DNA of 64,000 bases, from positions 128,001 through 192,000 of the forward strand of contig JAXHNB010000008.1 of assembly GCA_034520945.1 (NCBI GenBank), given 5' to 3'. This stretch comes from Trueperaceae bacterium. Lineage in GTDB: Bacteria; Deinococcota; Deinococci; Deinococcales; Trueperaceae. Position 1 is the stretch's first letter. Every line of letters begins with the position of its first letter. The translations under genes and the position numbers were made by a program. Under the pieces are notes generated by a model. It saw only the letters and a program-made list of their open reading frames with translations. It searched no databases and was not told the DNA's origin. Shown piece by piece: positions 20,995 to 31,092 of this stretch.

Positions 20995-21219
20995 ATGAAA
21001 ATCAAGGATCTGATCGATGAAGCAGGAGCCCTTCCTGTAGAAGAACGGGCGCTCATTGTCGATTCGCTCTTGCGGAGTCTCAATCCACCTGAATCCAGGA
21101 TCGACGAGAAATGGGCGTTGGTGGCGCAGAAACGTTTGAACGAGGTTCGGTCTGGAACGGTCGAGACGGTCCCGGGCGAAAGCGTGTTTGCGAGGATTTG
21201 GAACGACCGAACCCAGTAA
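20995..21219 (+). CDS. Putative addiction-module antitoxin (TIGR02574-like)
   Basis: ALPVEERALIVDSLLRSL..IDEKW...RLNE..SG.V..VPGE.VF; no ParE toxin follows. Confidence 0.8.
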   Translation: MKIKDLIDEAGALPVEERALIVDSLLRSLNPPESRIDEKWALVAQKRLNEVRSGTVETVPGESVFARIWNDRTQ

Positions 21220-21279
21220 GGTTCCGCCTGAGTGGGTGCGGGCCATGTGCACGAACGGGCCGAAAACGATGGACCTCGA

Positions 21280-21577
21280 GATTGAAGTTGGCAAGAAGGT
21301 GCGTGACGCTCTCGCCCGCCTGGTAGTGCTGATGCACCGGGGTGGCGCCGACGATTCGGCCGCAGGCAGGGCGCTGTTGTGTGACACGCAGCGCGTTCGG
21401 ATCGTCTTGCACCTGGAGCGGCCTGCCCTCCGGTCGAGGCTCCGCCCTGACTTGCCGAAATCCATGACGCCGCATGATGCGCTGCGGCGAGAGCTCACGT
21501 TCGTCGACGACCAGGCACGACACACGTGTCGTGGGACGGGGAACGTGCCATGGAGCGTGTCGCGCGCGCGTCGGTGA
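21280..21577 (+). pseudogene. Degenerate copy of the C-terminal half of 4183-4698
   Basis: KKVRDALARLVVLMHRGGAD...IVLHLERPA..SRLRPDL...NVPWSVSRA, near-identical to the 4.4-4.7 kb segment. Confidence 0.85.
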
Positions 21578-21771
21578 CGGCAACGTAGCTCGCGTGGACA
21601 GAGATCACGTCCCGGTGGTTCACCGAGGAGGGGCCACGCAGCGCCCGCCGAGACGAATTGCTTATGGAAGTGCGGTTCGTGGTGCTTGCAGATAGGCCGG
21701 CGCTTGAACCCACATCCTGACGGGATCGGCGGCCATCGTCACGTCACTTGCTGTGGTACGCAGAACCCAAT

Positions 21772-24612
21772 ATGGAAACCAAACAGCATCGAGCCCTCGC
21801 AAAGCCGTTCGATCGCGTGTTCGCCACGGAGGACATGGCGATGAAGGTTCGCCCGATCGTGACGGCTCTCCTGGAGGAGATCGGGATTCGGGGCCCGCAC
21901 GATCCTAGGTTGGCGACGACGGTCTTTCGGGACAAGCTGCACGTCAACGTAGGCAACTGGCTGGTCGTAAGTCTGCTCAGTGACCGGCAAGGCCCGAGCG
22001 AGATCGGTCTTCTCTTCCGGCAGGACCACGGCCTTGCAGACTGGAGGGCTTCGAATCCCTTCGCCAACGACACCACTGAGCCGCCGGTCGTTCTGGCGTA
22101 CGTGCCGTACGAGGATCTCGAGGACCTTCGCGAGACGCGGAGCGAGGAGCTGTTCGGCGCTCTGCAGCAGGCCGCGCACGTGGCACGCCGTCGCTTCAGC
22201 GGTTGGTCCGGCAGTCCGTATAGACGTGCCCACGTTCCTTGGATGGCGGAGGGCTACTACGACGAGGCTCTCCTCGCAAGCCTGCTGCGTGAGGGCCTTC
22301 CAGATCAGGAGTCGGCACGGCTACACGTGACGCCGTCCGACACCTCTTGGGGACAGGAACGCGAGTCGCGCCAGCATCGGCTCGTTCCGACGTCGGTGGC
22401 GGACGACTCGTTCAATGCCACAGTGGCTCCGGCGATTCGCCGGGGGGACGTTCTCCTGCAGTTGGACGGTCGCAAGGCCCTCTCCGCGGCGCTGGTGCTT
22501 GGTGCGACCACGGCTGGTGATGCATGGGAACCGGGCCGTGAGCCCGGACAGACTGCGTCGCATGCCTTCGATGTGCGCGTACGAGGATTCCCGACGAGCA
22601 TCGATGTGGATCCGGCCGCTGTGCCGCTACCTTCGGAGGCGGGTGGCCGAGTCGCGTCAGGGTCCCACGAAGCGAACTCGACCTACGTCGTGCCTGACGG
22701 CCTCGCGGGGGCACTCCTCACGGAGGTTCTCGAAGGCGTACCCGAGCACCTACAGGACCTCGTAGCTTGGGTGAAGCAGGGCGTCGAGGCCCGCACGGAC
22801 GAGGTGGACGAGGCGCGGAGGGTGCTTCCCCCCGGGCCGATCACCGATCGCTTGCGCAGCGGCGACGTCCGTGTCGTCAAGATCGCCCCAGGTCGCGGAG
22901 GGGTCCTGTGGCAGGAGTTCGTCGAGGCGGGCATCGCCGCCGTGGGCTGGGACGATGTCGGGGATCTCCGCGCCTACGCGGACTTCGACGCATTCCGGAC
23001 GGCGTTCCGGGAGCGCTACCCGTATGGCGGAAGCCTACCGGCTTCGACGAAGAAGGCTCGCGAGGTCTGGACGCTGCGGGAGCTGAAACCTGGCGATCTG
23101 GTGGTCGCGAACCGAGGAATCGGCGAGGTCCTGGGTATCGGCGAGGTGATCCAGCCGGCCTACGGGTGGCGCGACGATCGGGGCGAGTACCGTCACACAG
23201 TTCGGGTCCGATGGGACGAGCGCTACCAGACGAAAATTCCTCCCCAACGGTACTGGGCGGTCGTCACGGTCCTGGACCTCGAGCCCGACGCGCTCCTTCG
23301 GCTTCTTCAGGCCGACCCCGAAGGCATCGGCGATTCGCCGGCGCAGCGCGTCCGGCTCTTGAAGGTCCCATCGAGCAAGGCGCGCCTTCGCGAGTTCGTC
23401 GGCGACGGTGCTACCGGCGACCGGGTCTCGTTGCCCGTCGGAGAACACGAAGGCAATGCCGATCTGGAGAAGGGCGACGTGCTGGTGCTCTGGCAATCGG
23501 GGGACGACGACGGCCTGCATGGGTTGGGCGAGGTGCTCTCCTCCCCGCAAGAGGATCCAGACGACCCGGAGGGTTCCCGCACGGTCGACGTTCGGATCAC
23601 GGGCGCGTTGGCCGAGCCGATTCCGAGCCGAGACGTCGCCGAGGACCATGCGCTGTCGGGCCTCGAGGTCCTGCAAGCACCGAGTCGCTCCGTATTCGTC
23701 GTCGAGGCACCCGAGTGGGAAGCCCTGGGGTTTCTCCTGTCAGGTGACGTTCCCCCAAGCGAGGATCGTCAGCCCGGCTACGACGTTCAAGACGTGGTCG
23801 AGGCGACCGGCCTGCCGAACGACATGCTCGAACGCTGGATTCGTTCGATCCATCGCAAAGGCCAGGCGATCCTCTATGGGCCTCCCGGGACCGGCAAGAC
23901 GTACGTAGCCAAGGAGCTCGCCAAGCACTTGGTGGCCGGTACGGACGGCTTCGTTCAGGTCTTGCAGTTCCACGCCGCCACCGCCTACGAGGACTTCATC
24001 CAGGGCCTCCGGCCCGAGATCGACGCAAGCGGGAACCTTTCCTACGTGCTGGCGCCGGGAGGCTTCCTGCGATTCGTTCGGGAAGCGCGGGGGCGCCGTG
24101 GCGTGAGTGTTCTGATCCTGGACGAGATCAACCGCGCCGATCTGGCCCGCGTCTTCGGTGAGCTGATGTATCTGCTCGAATACCGTGACGAGACCGTCGC
24201 GTTGGCGGCTGGCGGCAAGAAGCTGTCCGTGCCGAAGAACGTCCGCATCCTGGGCACCATGAACACGGCGGATCGTTCCGTAGCCCTCGTCGACCACGCG
24301 CTCCGGCGGCGTTTCGCCTTCCTGCGGCTACAGCCCGATTTGGAACTCCTGCGGAACTGGCATCGTGGCAAGGCCGGAGAACGGTTGGCCGACCGGCTTA
24401 CCGACGAGCTGGCGCGCCTGCATAGGCGCATCGACGATCCGCACCTCGCCCTTGGGATCAGCTACTTCCTCGTGGAGGATCTGCCCATGCATCTCCCGGA
24501 CATCTGGCGCATGGAGATCGAGCCCTACCTCGAGGAGCTCTTCTTCGATGAGGCGGATCCGCTCGGCGAGTTCGTTTGGGAGGCGCTGGCCGTGCGTCTG
24601 GACCTCGCGTGA
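21772..24612 (+). CDS. mcrB: McrB-family AAA+ GTPase with an extended N-terminal reader region
   Basis: GPPGTGKT, QFH...YEDF, ILDEINRA, MNTADRS signature, ALRRRF. Confidence 0.9.
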   Translation: METKQHRALAKPFDRVFATEDMAMKVRPIVTALLEEIGIRGPHDPRLATTVFRDKLHVNVGNWLVVSLLSDRQGPSEIGLLFRQDHGLADWRASNPFANDTTEPPVVLAYVPYEDLEDLRETRSEELFGALQQAAHVARRRFSGWSGSPYRRAHVPWMAEGYYDEALLASLLREGLPDQESARLHVTPSDTSWGQERESRQHRLVPTSVADDSFNATVAPAIRRGDVLLQLDGRKALSAALVLGATTAGDAWEPGREPGQTASHAFDVRVRGFPTSIDVDPAAVPLPSEAGGRVASGSHEANSTYVVPDGLAGALLTEVLEGVPEHLQDLVAWVKQGVEARTDEVDEARRVLPPGPITDRLRSGDVRVVKIAPGRGGVLWQEFVEAGIAAVGWDDVGDLRAYADFDAFRTAFRERYPYGGSLPASTKKAREVWTLRELKPGDLVVANRGIGEVLGIGEVIQPAYGWRDDRGEYRHTVRVRWDERYQTKIPPQRYWAVVTVLDLEPDALLRLLQADPEGIGDSPAQRVRLLKVPSSKARLREFVGDGATGDRVSLPVGEHEGNADLEKGDVLVLWQSGDDDGLHGLGEVLSSPQEDPDDPEGSRTVDVRITGALAEPIPSRDVAEDHALSGLEVLQAPSRSVFVVEAPEWEALGFLLSGDVPPSEDRQPGYDVQDVVEATGLPNDMLERWIRSIHRKGQAILYGPPGTGKTYVAKELAKHLVAGTDGFVQVLQFHAATAYEDFIQGLRPEIDASGNLSYVLAPGGFLRFVREARGRRGVSVLILDEINRADLARVFGELMYLLEYRDETVALAAGGKKLSVPKNVRILGTMNTADRSVALVDHALRRRFAFLRLQPDLELLRNWHRGKAGERLADRLTDELARLHRRIDDPHLALGISYFLVEDLPMHLPDIWRMEIEPYLEELFFDEADPLGEFVWEALAVRLDLA

Positions 24613-25865
24613 CCAACGGTTGGTTGCAGCTCGCTGAGCACGAGACGCTCGACATCCCGGAGTTCCCACTCGGTGCTGGCGAGGAGTTGTGGAATCGCTA
24701 CGCCCGTACGGGGGCGGGTCTGGACATCGAGTTCCCGTCGCCCCGAACGGGTGGGGCGTGGCGGATCACCAGTCGTGGCGTCGTGGGTGCGTTTCCACTT
24801 CGAGATGGAGGCGGCGTACGCGTCGTGCCGAAAGTGCCGATCGCCAACCTGCTTAGGATGATCGAGGTGGCCCAAGACGTATCCGTGCGAGAGCTCGCCG
24901 GGCAGGTCTCGGTCGCGTCGGTCGATGATCTCTTCGACCGGCTCATCGCTGCGCTCGCCACAGGCGTCCGGCGACGCCTACGTCGGGGCCTTTTGAAGGC
25001 GTACGTCTCACGCGACGACCGCCTCCCGTACCTGCGGGGAAGGCTCGACGTTCGGCGGCATGTCCGTAGCGGCGCACATACCGTCTTTGACGTGAGCTTC
25101 CAAGAGCCGTCCGTCGACCACCATGACAATCAGGTTCTCTTGGCGACGCTCGCGCGCGTCGTCCGGTCGCCACTCCTACGCAGCGAAACGCGAGCGTCGG
25201 TTCGGAAGGCGCTGCGCGCCCTCTCGACCGATGTGTCGCTGGTTCCCGTGGCAGCCCAAGACGCCGTCCGCGGGCCGTACCATCGCCTTCGCAGGGACTA
25301 CCTGCGGTTGCACAGATTGTGCCGGTTCCTCCTCGGGCACAGCGGACCGATGGTCCAGGAGGGGACCTACGTGACGACCCCGTTCCTGGTGGACATGCCG
25401 AGCCTCTTCGAGACGTGCGTGGCGCGCGGCCTGGAGGAGGCGCTCCCGCGCGGCTTGCGTGTCGCGCGGCATGTCCGCGAGCGTCTCGATCCTGCTGGGC
25501 GTGTCGTCTTCGATGTCGACCTCGTGCTGCAGGAAGCGTGGTCGGGGCGGCCGCTCATCGTGCTGGACACCAAGTACAAGGATCACGACGCGCCCAGTGC
25601 TGCCGATGTTCAACAGGTCGTCGCCTATGCTGCGGCACTAGGCTGCGAGGAAGCCGCACTGGTGTACCCGACCGAGCATACGTTCGCGCCGGCGCGGGCA
25701 GGGGAGATCGTCGTTCGCCGGCTGGGGGTGCCGCTCGACGGTGATGTGGGCGTGGCCTTTCGTGAGCTTGCCGCAACGCTCGTCATGTACGCCGGAGCTG
25801 AGCACGTAGACATCCGCGCCGAGGATGGGACCCGCCGCTACGGCGTGGGCCATGCGTCAACGTAG
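24609..25865 (+). CDS. mcrC: McrC-family endonuclease subunit
   Basis: GTGA overlap with mcrB; VPKVPI.NL, DM..LFE, D..L...VLDTKYK, DVQQVVAY. Confidence 0.88.
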   Translation: MTNGWLQLAEHETLDIPEFPLGAGEELWNRYARTGAGLDIEFPSPRTGGAWRITSRGVVGAFPLRDGGGVRVVPKVPIANLLRMIEVAQDVSVRELAGQVSVASVDDLFDRLIAALATGVRRRLRRGLLKAYVSRDDRLPYLRGRLDVRRHVRSGAHTVFDVSFQEPSVDHHDNQVLLATLARVVRSPLLRSETRASVRKALRALSTDVSLVPVAAQDAVRGPYHRLRRDYLRLHRLCRFLLGHSGPMVQEGTYVTTPFLVDMPSLFETCVARGLEEALPRGLRVARHVRERLDPAGRVVFDVDLVLQEAWSGRPLIVLDTKYKDHDAPSAADVQQVVAYAAALGCEEAALVYPTEHTFAPARAGEIVVRRLGVPLDGDVGVAFRELAATLVMYAGAEHVDIRAEDGTRRYGVGHAST

Positions 25866-26813
25866 GTGACCGTCCCGATCGCCGCGTCGTCGTGCAAGGT
25901 GATCTCCACGGTCGTGTCGAAGTCGCTCCCTTCGAAGCTTTGGAGCGACGCAGCGCCATGGTTGTCGACGGGTCCGACGAAGACCGCGGCCTGCTGCCGG
26001 TCGTAGAGGCGGTCGATGATCTCGTCCTGATCGGCGGGAATATCGACCTCGGACGCGAACGCGATCCCGATCGCGCGACCGTCGTCGATCTCGGCCACGG
26101 ACGCGCTCTCCGCGAGCTCGCGCCGCAATCGCGAACGCCCCCGCGGAGTTCGGCATCGGCGTCACGCAAGGCCTGAGAATGGCCCGACCTGCCGTGCATG
26201 AGTTCTCGTTCGTGCAAACGCGGCGTAGCACAAGTTTGTAAGCGCGGCACGGCGGGCACGCGCACGCCTATCTCGAACGATCAGGCGTTCGTGTGCGCGT
26301 TGCTGGGGGTGACGTCGGATTGTGGGGAGTGGCGTACGGGCGTCCTGAACGAAGCGGTGGCCGATCGGCAACATCGTGCCGGTGGACGGCGAACCGTTGG
26401 CCGAGTCGATGATCGCGTACGGCTCGGGCGTTACCCCGCTGCACAGGTACGAACTGAAGCGCATCGATCAGGACGATTTCGAGGAGCTGTAGAACGCCGC
26501 CTCGTCGTGCCGGCTATTGCGGCCGGGGCCCACGGCAACGACGCTCCGCGCATTGTCCCCGCTCAGCGTGCGAAGCGCCGTTCAACCTGCCCGAGTGGGC
26601 ATCACAAGCATTGCAGAATGCCGAACCACTGGCGTCACGCGTTCGGCAGCAGCCTAGGGGAAGCGAGACGAAAGCCGTGAGGGGCGAGGTCGCGGTAGGG
26701 CGAAAGACGTTGGCAGGGAGCGTGCCCGTTGGGTCGAAGTCGCTTGGTTCGATTCTGGAGATCCGGAAGGGGGAGAGGAAGAGCCGTTCGGCCAGACCGG
26801 CCTGGTCGAGGCC

Positions 26814-26951
26814 CTAGCGCCTGCGAATCTCGGCGAGCCGGTGTGCGCGGACCCTGGCGAGGGCGTCCTTCTTGTACTGCTGTATGCGGCGTTCGCTGAG
26901 GCCCTGGCTCTGTACGGTTTCGCCGCGGACGTCCTTCCACCTGTGTGGCAT
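26814..26951 (-). pseudogene. Truncated XRE-type antitoxin N-terminus
   Basis: MPHRWKDVR...RVRAHRLAEIRRR stops where an HTH would begin. Confidence 0.55.
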
Positions 26952-27052
26952 GGTTCGCTCCGTTCCCTGGAGTACTCGCCGTCCCGTCGTTCCGCGTGCG
27001 GGTGAACCGCTCGGAGTCGTGCGCCGTGAAGCGGCAGTCAGGCACGCGTGGC

Positions 27053-27406
27053 TCAGTGGGCGCCCTTCGCATCGTCGGCGCGTAGGTTGGCCTGGCCGGC
27101 GCCCAGCGGGATGCCGCGTTCGATTTCTTCGCCTGCTGCGTCCTTGGCGAGGGTCAGGTCGTAGTGGTTCTGGAGGTTGAGCCAGAACTCGGGGCTGGTG
27201 CCGAAGAAGCGGCCGAGCCTGAGGGCGCTGTCGGCAGAGATGCGTCGCTTGCCGAGGACGATGGCGTTGACGCGTGGGGCGGGCACGCCGATCCGCTTGG
27301 CGAGTTCGTACTGGGAGAGACCGTACTCGTCGAGGAACTCGTCCTTGAGGATTTCGCCGGGATGGACGGGTGGGATGTCTCGTGGGGTCGTGCGATTTGG
27401 GCTCAT
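27053..27406 (-). CDS. higA: HigA-family antitoxin
   Basis: PPVHPGEILKDEFL, RRISADSALRLGRFFGTSPEFWLNLQ. Confidence 0.93.
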   Translation of the reverse strand: MSPNRTTPRDIPPVHPGEILKDEFLDEYGLSQYELAKRIGVPAPRVNAIVLGKRRISADSALRLGRFFGTSPEFWLNLQNHYDLTLAKDAAGEEIERGIPLGAGQANLRADDAKGAH

Positions 27407-27434
27407 GGTTCCTCCTGGACATAGGCAAGGAAGG

Positions 27435-27716
27435 TCAATGGTAGTCGTTGATCGTCACGTCGTGCGCATTGCCGTCGTCCCAGCGAAAGCAGACACGCCA
27501 TTGGTCGTTGATGCGAATACTGTGCTGGCCCTGCCTCTTGCCCCTGAGTGCTTCGAGTCGGTTGCTAGGTGGGCTACGAAGGTCATCGAGGTTGGTGGCG
27601 GCGTGCAACAGTAGCAGCTTCTTGTGGGCGCGTCGTTGAATGTCGGTGGGGAGGCGCCGAGAGTGAATGCCGTGAAAGAGGCGTTCGGTTTCGGCGTCGG
27701 CGAACGACGCGATCAC
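27435..27716 (-). CDS. higB: HigB (RelE/ParE-like) toxin
   Basis: MIASFAD.ETERLF, PPSNRLEALRG.RQGQHSIRINDQWRVCFRW, DYH. Confidence 0.93.
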   Translation of the reverse strand: MIASFADAETERLFHGIHSRRLPTDIQRRAHKKLLLLHAATNLDDLRSPPSNRLEALRGKRQGQHSIRINDQWRVCFRWDDGNAHDVTINDYH

Positions 27717-28388
27717 GTCCCAAGCATAACGCGTCGCGTTTATAATGTCCAGCGTTATGAATCGTTGTCGGTGCCTACATGGACTCTCTGGGTTCTACGA
27801 ACCTGCCGTCGTAGCATGAGCGGCCGAAGCGGTCGTTCCTGGCGTGGCACAACGAAAACGGGTTCGAGGCGGGCGGGTGTGCTCGGGCCGGCCGTCGCGT
27901 CGGCGTCACGCCGGGGCCCAGAGTCGTCCGGTGCGAGGCATGTTGCGCACGCCATTTGGCGTGTCTGGAGCGACGATTCGTACGCCGAGAGCGACCGCGG
28001 CGGTAGGCCCGTTCGCATCGTCAAGGACACGATGCGCAGGCGCTCGATGCGCTCTGGCTGGGCACCCACCCAAAACCGTCCGGCCAGCGCCCCGCATACC
28101 CATCCAGGTGCGACGCGCCGGTCGGCCGGGGCTCGGAGGGTGGCGGCACGGTCCCCGCATGAATGCGCGTGCCTTTTCATCCGAGCGGTGCCTCGTCAGG
28201 CAGGGTCAGCATGTCGCACGCGGCGGCGGCTGACATCCGGTACTGCGACGCCTCCCAAGATGGTGCCGGCAATGGCCGAGGGCACGGGGGCATCGGACGG
28301 GGTGGTCACGCCCGGCGCCGGAACATCGGCGGCAGGGGACGCGCCCGCGTACGGGAAGACCAACCGAGACCGGGCGGTACCATGCCCC

Positions 28389-28751
28389 ATGCCCGACCCC
28401 GGCGATGCCTCGATCCACGACCTGACCGCCCAAATCCTCGCCTTCCGTGAGGCCCGCGACTGGGCGCAGTTCCACGGCCTCAAGGACGAGGTGCTGTCGC
28501 TCCTGAGCGAGGCGGGCGAGCTGGCGGAGCATTTCCGCTGGTACGAGGGCGAGCGGCTCCAGGTCCACGTGCAGGGCCGCAAGGAGGACGTCGGCGACGA
28601 ACTCGCGGACGTACTGTACTGGACCCTCCTCCTCGCACATGACGTGGGCGTGGATCTGGCCGATGCGTTCGAGCGCAAGATGGTGAAGAACGAGCGGAAG
28701 TACCCCGTGGGGGCGGCACGGGGCCGTGCGGACAAGTACACGGACCTCTGA
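28389..28751 (+). CDS. MazG-like nucleotide pyrophosphohydrolase
   Basis: FREARDWAQFH..K, EAGELAEHFRW, DELADV, K...N..KYP. Confidence 0.9.
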   Translation: MPDPGDASIHDLTAQILAFREARDWAQFHGLKDEVLSLLSEAGELAEHFRWYEGERLQVHVQGRKEDVGDELADVLYWTLLLAHDVGVDLADAFERKMVKNERKYPVGAARGRADKYTDL

Positions 28752-28790
28752 TCCGTGGGCATGTCAGGCTGAGTGTGGAGGTCCGCATCA

Positions 28791-28872
28791 GTGCAGCTCT
28801 ACGTCGGTAGCTCGACCCAATTCATGGAGGACGCGTTTCTCGGGTCGATCAGCCAGAAGCTCAAACGTGCCC
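28791..28872 (+). pseudogene. Probable 5' stub of a DUF2075 (Schlafen group-3-like) helicase gene
   Basis: GGAGG RBS, then VQLYVGSSTQFMEDAFLGSISQKLKRA. DUF2075 genes commonly neighbour MazG-like genes. Similarity ends after about 27 codons. Confidence 0.5.
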
Positions 28873-28997
28873 CATTAGCCAAACTGGTGTTGACCCAATG
28901 TTGTGACCCGACGGTGCCGCCGCGTGGACCGCTTTGCCGGTCACTCCCTTCTCTGGGTACGCGCGGTGCGGATGGCCGGCCATATGCGCTTTCGAAT

Positions 28998-29657
28998 CTA
29001 CCGTTGAGGTTCTAGTTCGCGGAGGAGGCCCCTGAAGCAACGCCTGCTCGCAATACGACGAAACTGCCGTAACCGCGCGTTGAAGCGGCACGCGCCGAGG
29101 CGTTGGCCACAGCCGCATGGGCAAGGGAGCTTGTTTGCTCTGCGCTTCTTCATGCCGAGGTACTTGAGAGCCCTCCACGCTTGCTCGCCGTCGTCCAGTC
29201 CCATCATGTCTGCATAGTCGTTGAGGGCGCCCGCTGTCCCATGAGGCAGCTCACCGAATGCGAATGGGCCACCATTCTTCAGTTTCACCGAGGTAGCGAA
29301 CAGGTACGGAACGAGGCAGTTCGCCGCGTAGCCTGACAGAGTCGGCTGTCGGTCCAGTTCGCACAGTAGGCGAAGGGGCGAGCCAAGGCACAGCGAGCCA
29401 TCGCTGTTGACGTGGTACTCACCCGTTGCGGGAATCCTTCCGCCCGTCTCGAAGGTGATGGGTAGGTCACGGGGGAAGTTGTCAGGTACTCGAATCTTGA
29501 GCCGGAACGTCTCGGACATTCGCGCGCCGTCGTCCGCGAGCGCCACGAAGTCGAAGTGGCCTACCAGCGTGAGCCCAGGTCGGTGTACTGGCCTGATTGC
29601 CATACGTGGGTACGTACGGAGGAAGCGACTGAGGCCAATGTCGTTGGCTTCGGTCAC
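28998..29657 (-). CDS. CBASS-associated prokaryotic E2-like protein with C-terminal CxCxxG zinc-binding-like motif
   Basis: PDNFPRDLP, HVNSDGSLCLG (E2 catalytic Cys context), GELPHG, CPCGCG..LGAC; GTGA overlap with the CD-NTase stop. Confidence 0.78.
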   Translation of the reverse strand: MTEANDIGLSRFLRTYPRMAIRPVHRPGLTLVGHFDFVALADDGARMSETFRLKIRVPDNFPRDLPITFETGGRIPATGEYHVNSDGSLCLGSPLRLLCELDRQPTLSGYAANCLVPYLFATSVKLKNGGPFAFGELPHGTAGALNDYADMMGLDDGEQAWRALKYLGMKKRRANKLPCPCGCGQRLGACRFNARLRQFRRIASRRCFRGLLRELEPQR

Positions 29658-30862
29658 CTGCGCCAAGGTTTGGGCGAGCTGCTGCCGCGAATATGGTGAA
29701 CTGCGCTGGCTTGTTGGTGCGTGGCCGCCGAGCCACCAGCATTCCCAAAAATCTGTTTATCGATCTTCACTCCAAACTTCGCTTCGGCCTGCTCGACCAT
29801 GGCATCAACGGTCGGGGCGTATGTGAACAGATCGAAGTCGGTCCTGGCCTGATGAAGCCACAGTCGAAACTTCCGCTCCAGTTCGAGTCTGCGTCCTTCC
29901 CGTGTACTCCACCTGTCAGCGAAGTCTTCCTCTGGGTTTACGGGGTTCGGCACGCGCGGAGGGACCGTGGCCACATGCTCCTCGATCTTGGATAGGATGT
30001 TCGCCATCGCTTGGTGCAGGTTCGCCTCGCCTGCGTACGCTCGTGCCGCCAACGTGGTGATGATGATGGAGGCCGGCTGTGTGTCCGAGTTGCGCTCGAA
30101 CATGACGTCTCGGTGCCGCTTTAGGATCTGAACGACGCGCTGGAGCGGCGTCTTCCACAGGTGGGTGGGAAGCTTGTCCACGCTTTTCACCTGTTCTCTC
30201 AGCGCCTTCCACTGGAGGTACGTTTCGGCCTGTCGCATGCGCGCCTCGAACCACCGCGCGTAACCTTCCGGGTTGCTTGTGAACCAATCATCACAAACTG
30301 AGTGGTAGTGGGGGTGCCGGTCGTCGGTAATCACGACAGTCAGACGCGCCACGTCCTGAGCGAGTGGCTCGGGCGCGCCAGCCGTCACCATCAAGTTCTG
30401 GAGGTGGGATCGTACGGGTTGGGCTTGCGGAATGGCGGGCACGACGTCCATGTGAAACGCCAGGTCGTCCTGGTAGATCAGCCGCCAGCAGCGGTGCTTC
30501 TCTTTGAGTTGCTCGCTGATCCTCCGCTCGCGCCGGTAGGCGTCCAGGTCGGCGCCGACCATCTCCTTCACTTGTTCTTGGGTCCAGCTGCTATGGTCAA
30601 TGTCGCCGTGGAGTACGCAGGTGAGGTCAAGGTCGTAGTCATCGCGCTTCCAGGGTCGCGTCACTGTTCCAAGCCGAAACGAGCCCTGCGGGGAAACGTC
30701 AGGATGGTAGCGAGAGCTGGTAGAGCGTATTGGCTCCTGTAGCCACGTGCCGAGATCTCGGTAGCGGGAGGAGGCGCTCTCGTATGCGGTGTTCGGAATG
30801 TCCAGTAAGTCGGCCAAGGCATCGAGCGGGGTCCTGGGCATGGAAAATTCACCTGCGCTCAC
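29654..30862 (-). CDS. CD-NTase (cGAS/DncV-like cyclic oligonucleotide synthase)
   Basis: PQGSFRLGT, DYDLD, FHMDVVPA, SNPEGYARWF, LKRHRD, SIIITTL, NPVNPEEDFADRW; AGGAGG RBS before the GTG at 30862. Confidence 0.92.
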   Translation of the reverse strand: MSAGEFSMPRTPLDALADLLDIPNTAYESASSRYRDLGTWLQEPIRSTSSRYHPDVSPQGSFRLGTVTRPWKRDDYDLDLTCVLHGDIDHSSWTQEQVKEMVGADLDAYRRERRISEQLKEKHRCWRLIYQDDLAFHMDVVPAIPQAQPVRSHLQNLMVTAGAPEPLAQDVARLTVVITDDRHPHYHSVCDDWFTSNPEGYARWFEARMRQAETYLQWKALREQVKSVDKLPTHLWKTPLQRVVQILKRHRDVMFERNSDTQPASIIITTLAARAYAGEANLHQAMANILSKIEEHVATVPPRVPNPVNPEEDFADRWSTREGRRLELERKFRLWLHQARTDFDLFTYAPTVDAMVEQAEAKFGVKIDKQIFGNAGGSAATHQQASAVHHIRGSSSPKPWRR

Positions 30863-31092
30863 TTGGCACCTCCTTCGGGAAGGGCATCGGAAGTACGGCG
30901 GGTGCGCATTTGAAGTGGCGCCCACAAGAAGGCAAGGGACTTGCTTTCGATATGCTCAGGGGATCGTATGTCACTCTCATTCGCTCCTCGGTACGGCCTT
31001 CGCTTGCGCGAGCACTGTTTCGTGCATGAGGGGTCTGGCCAGCGGCCCCACGGCAGCAAGCGACGCCAAGGCTTCGCGCGTAGCGTCCTCAC
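30859..31092 (-). CDS. 77-aa hypothetical protein inside the CBASS operon
   Basis: GTGA overlap with the patatin stop and with the CD-NTase start; preceded by GGAGG. Confidence 0.55.
   Translation of the reverse strand: MRTLRAKPWRRLLPWGRWPDPSCTKQCSRKRRPYRGANESDIRSPEHIESKSLAFLWAPLQMRTRRTSDALPEGGAK

Noticed and set aside
25838..26500. Short protein-like fragments downstream of mcrC
   Set aside because: No recognisable motif, start or RBS; cannot be assigned.
27780..27870. Possible HNH endonuclease C-terminal scrap (PKRSFLAWHNENGF)
   Set aside because: Too short and interrupted by a stop to support without a search.
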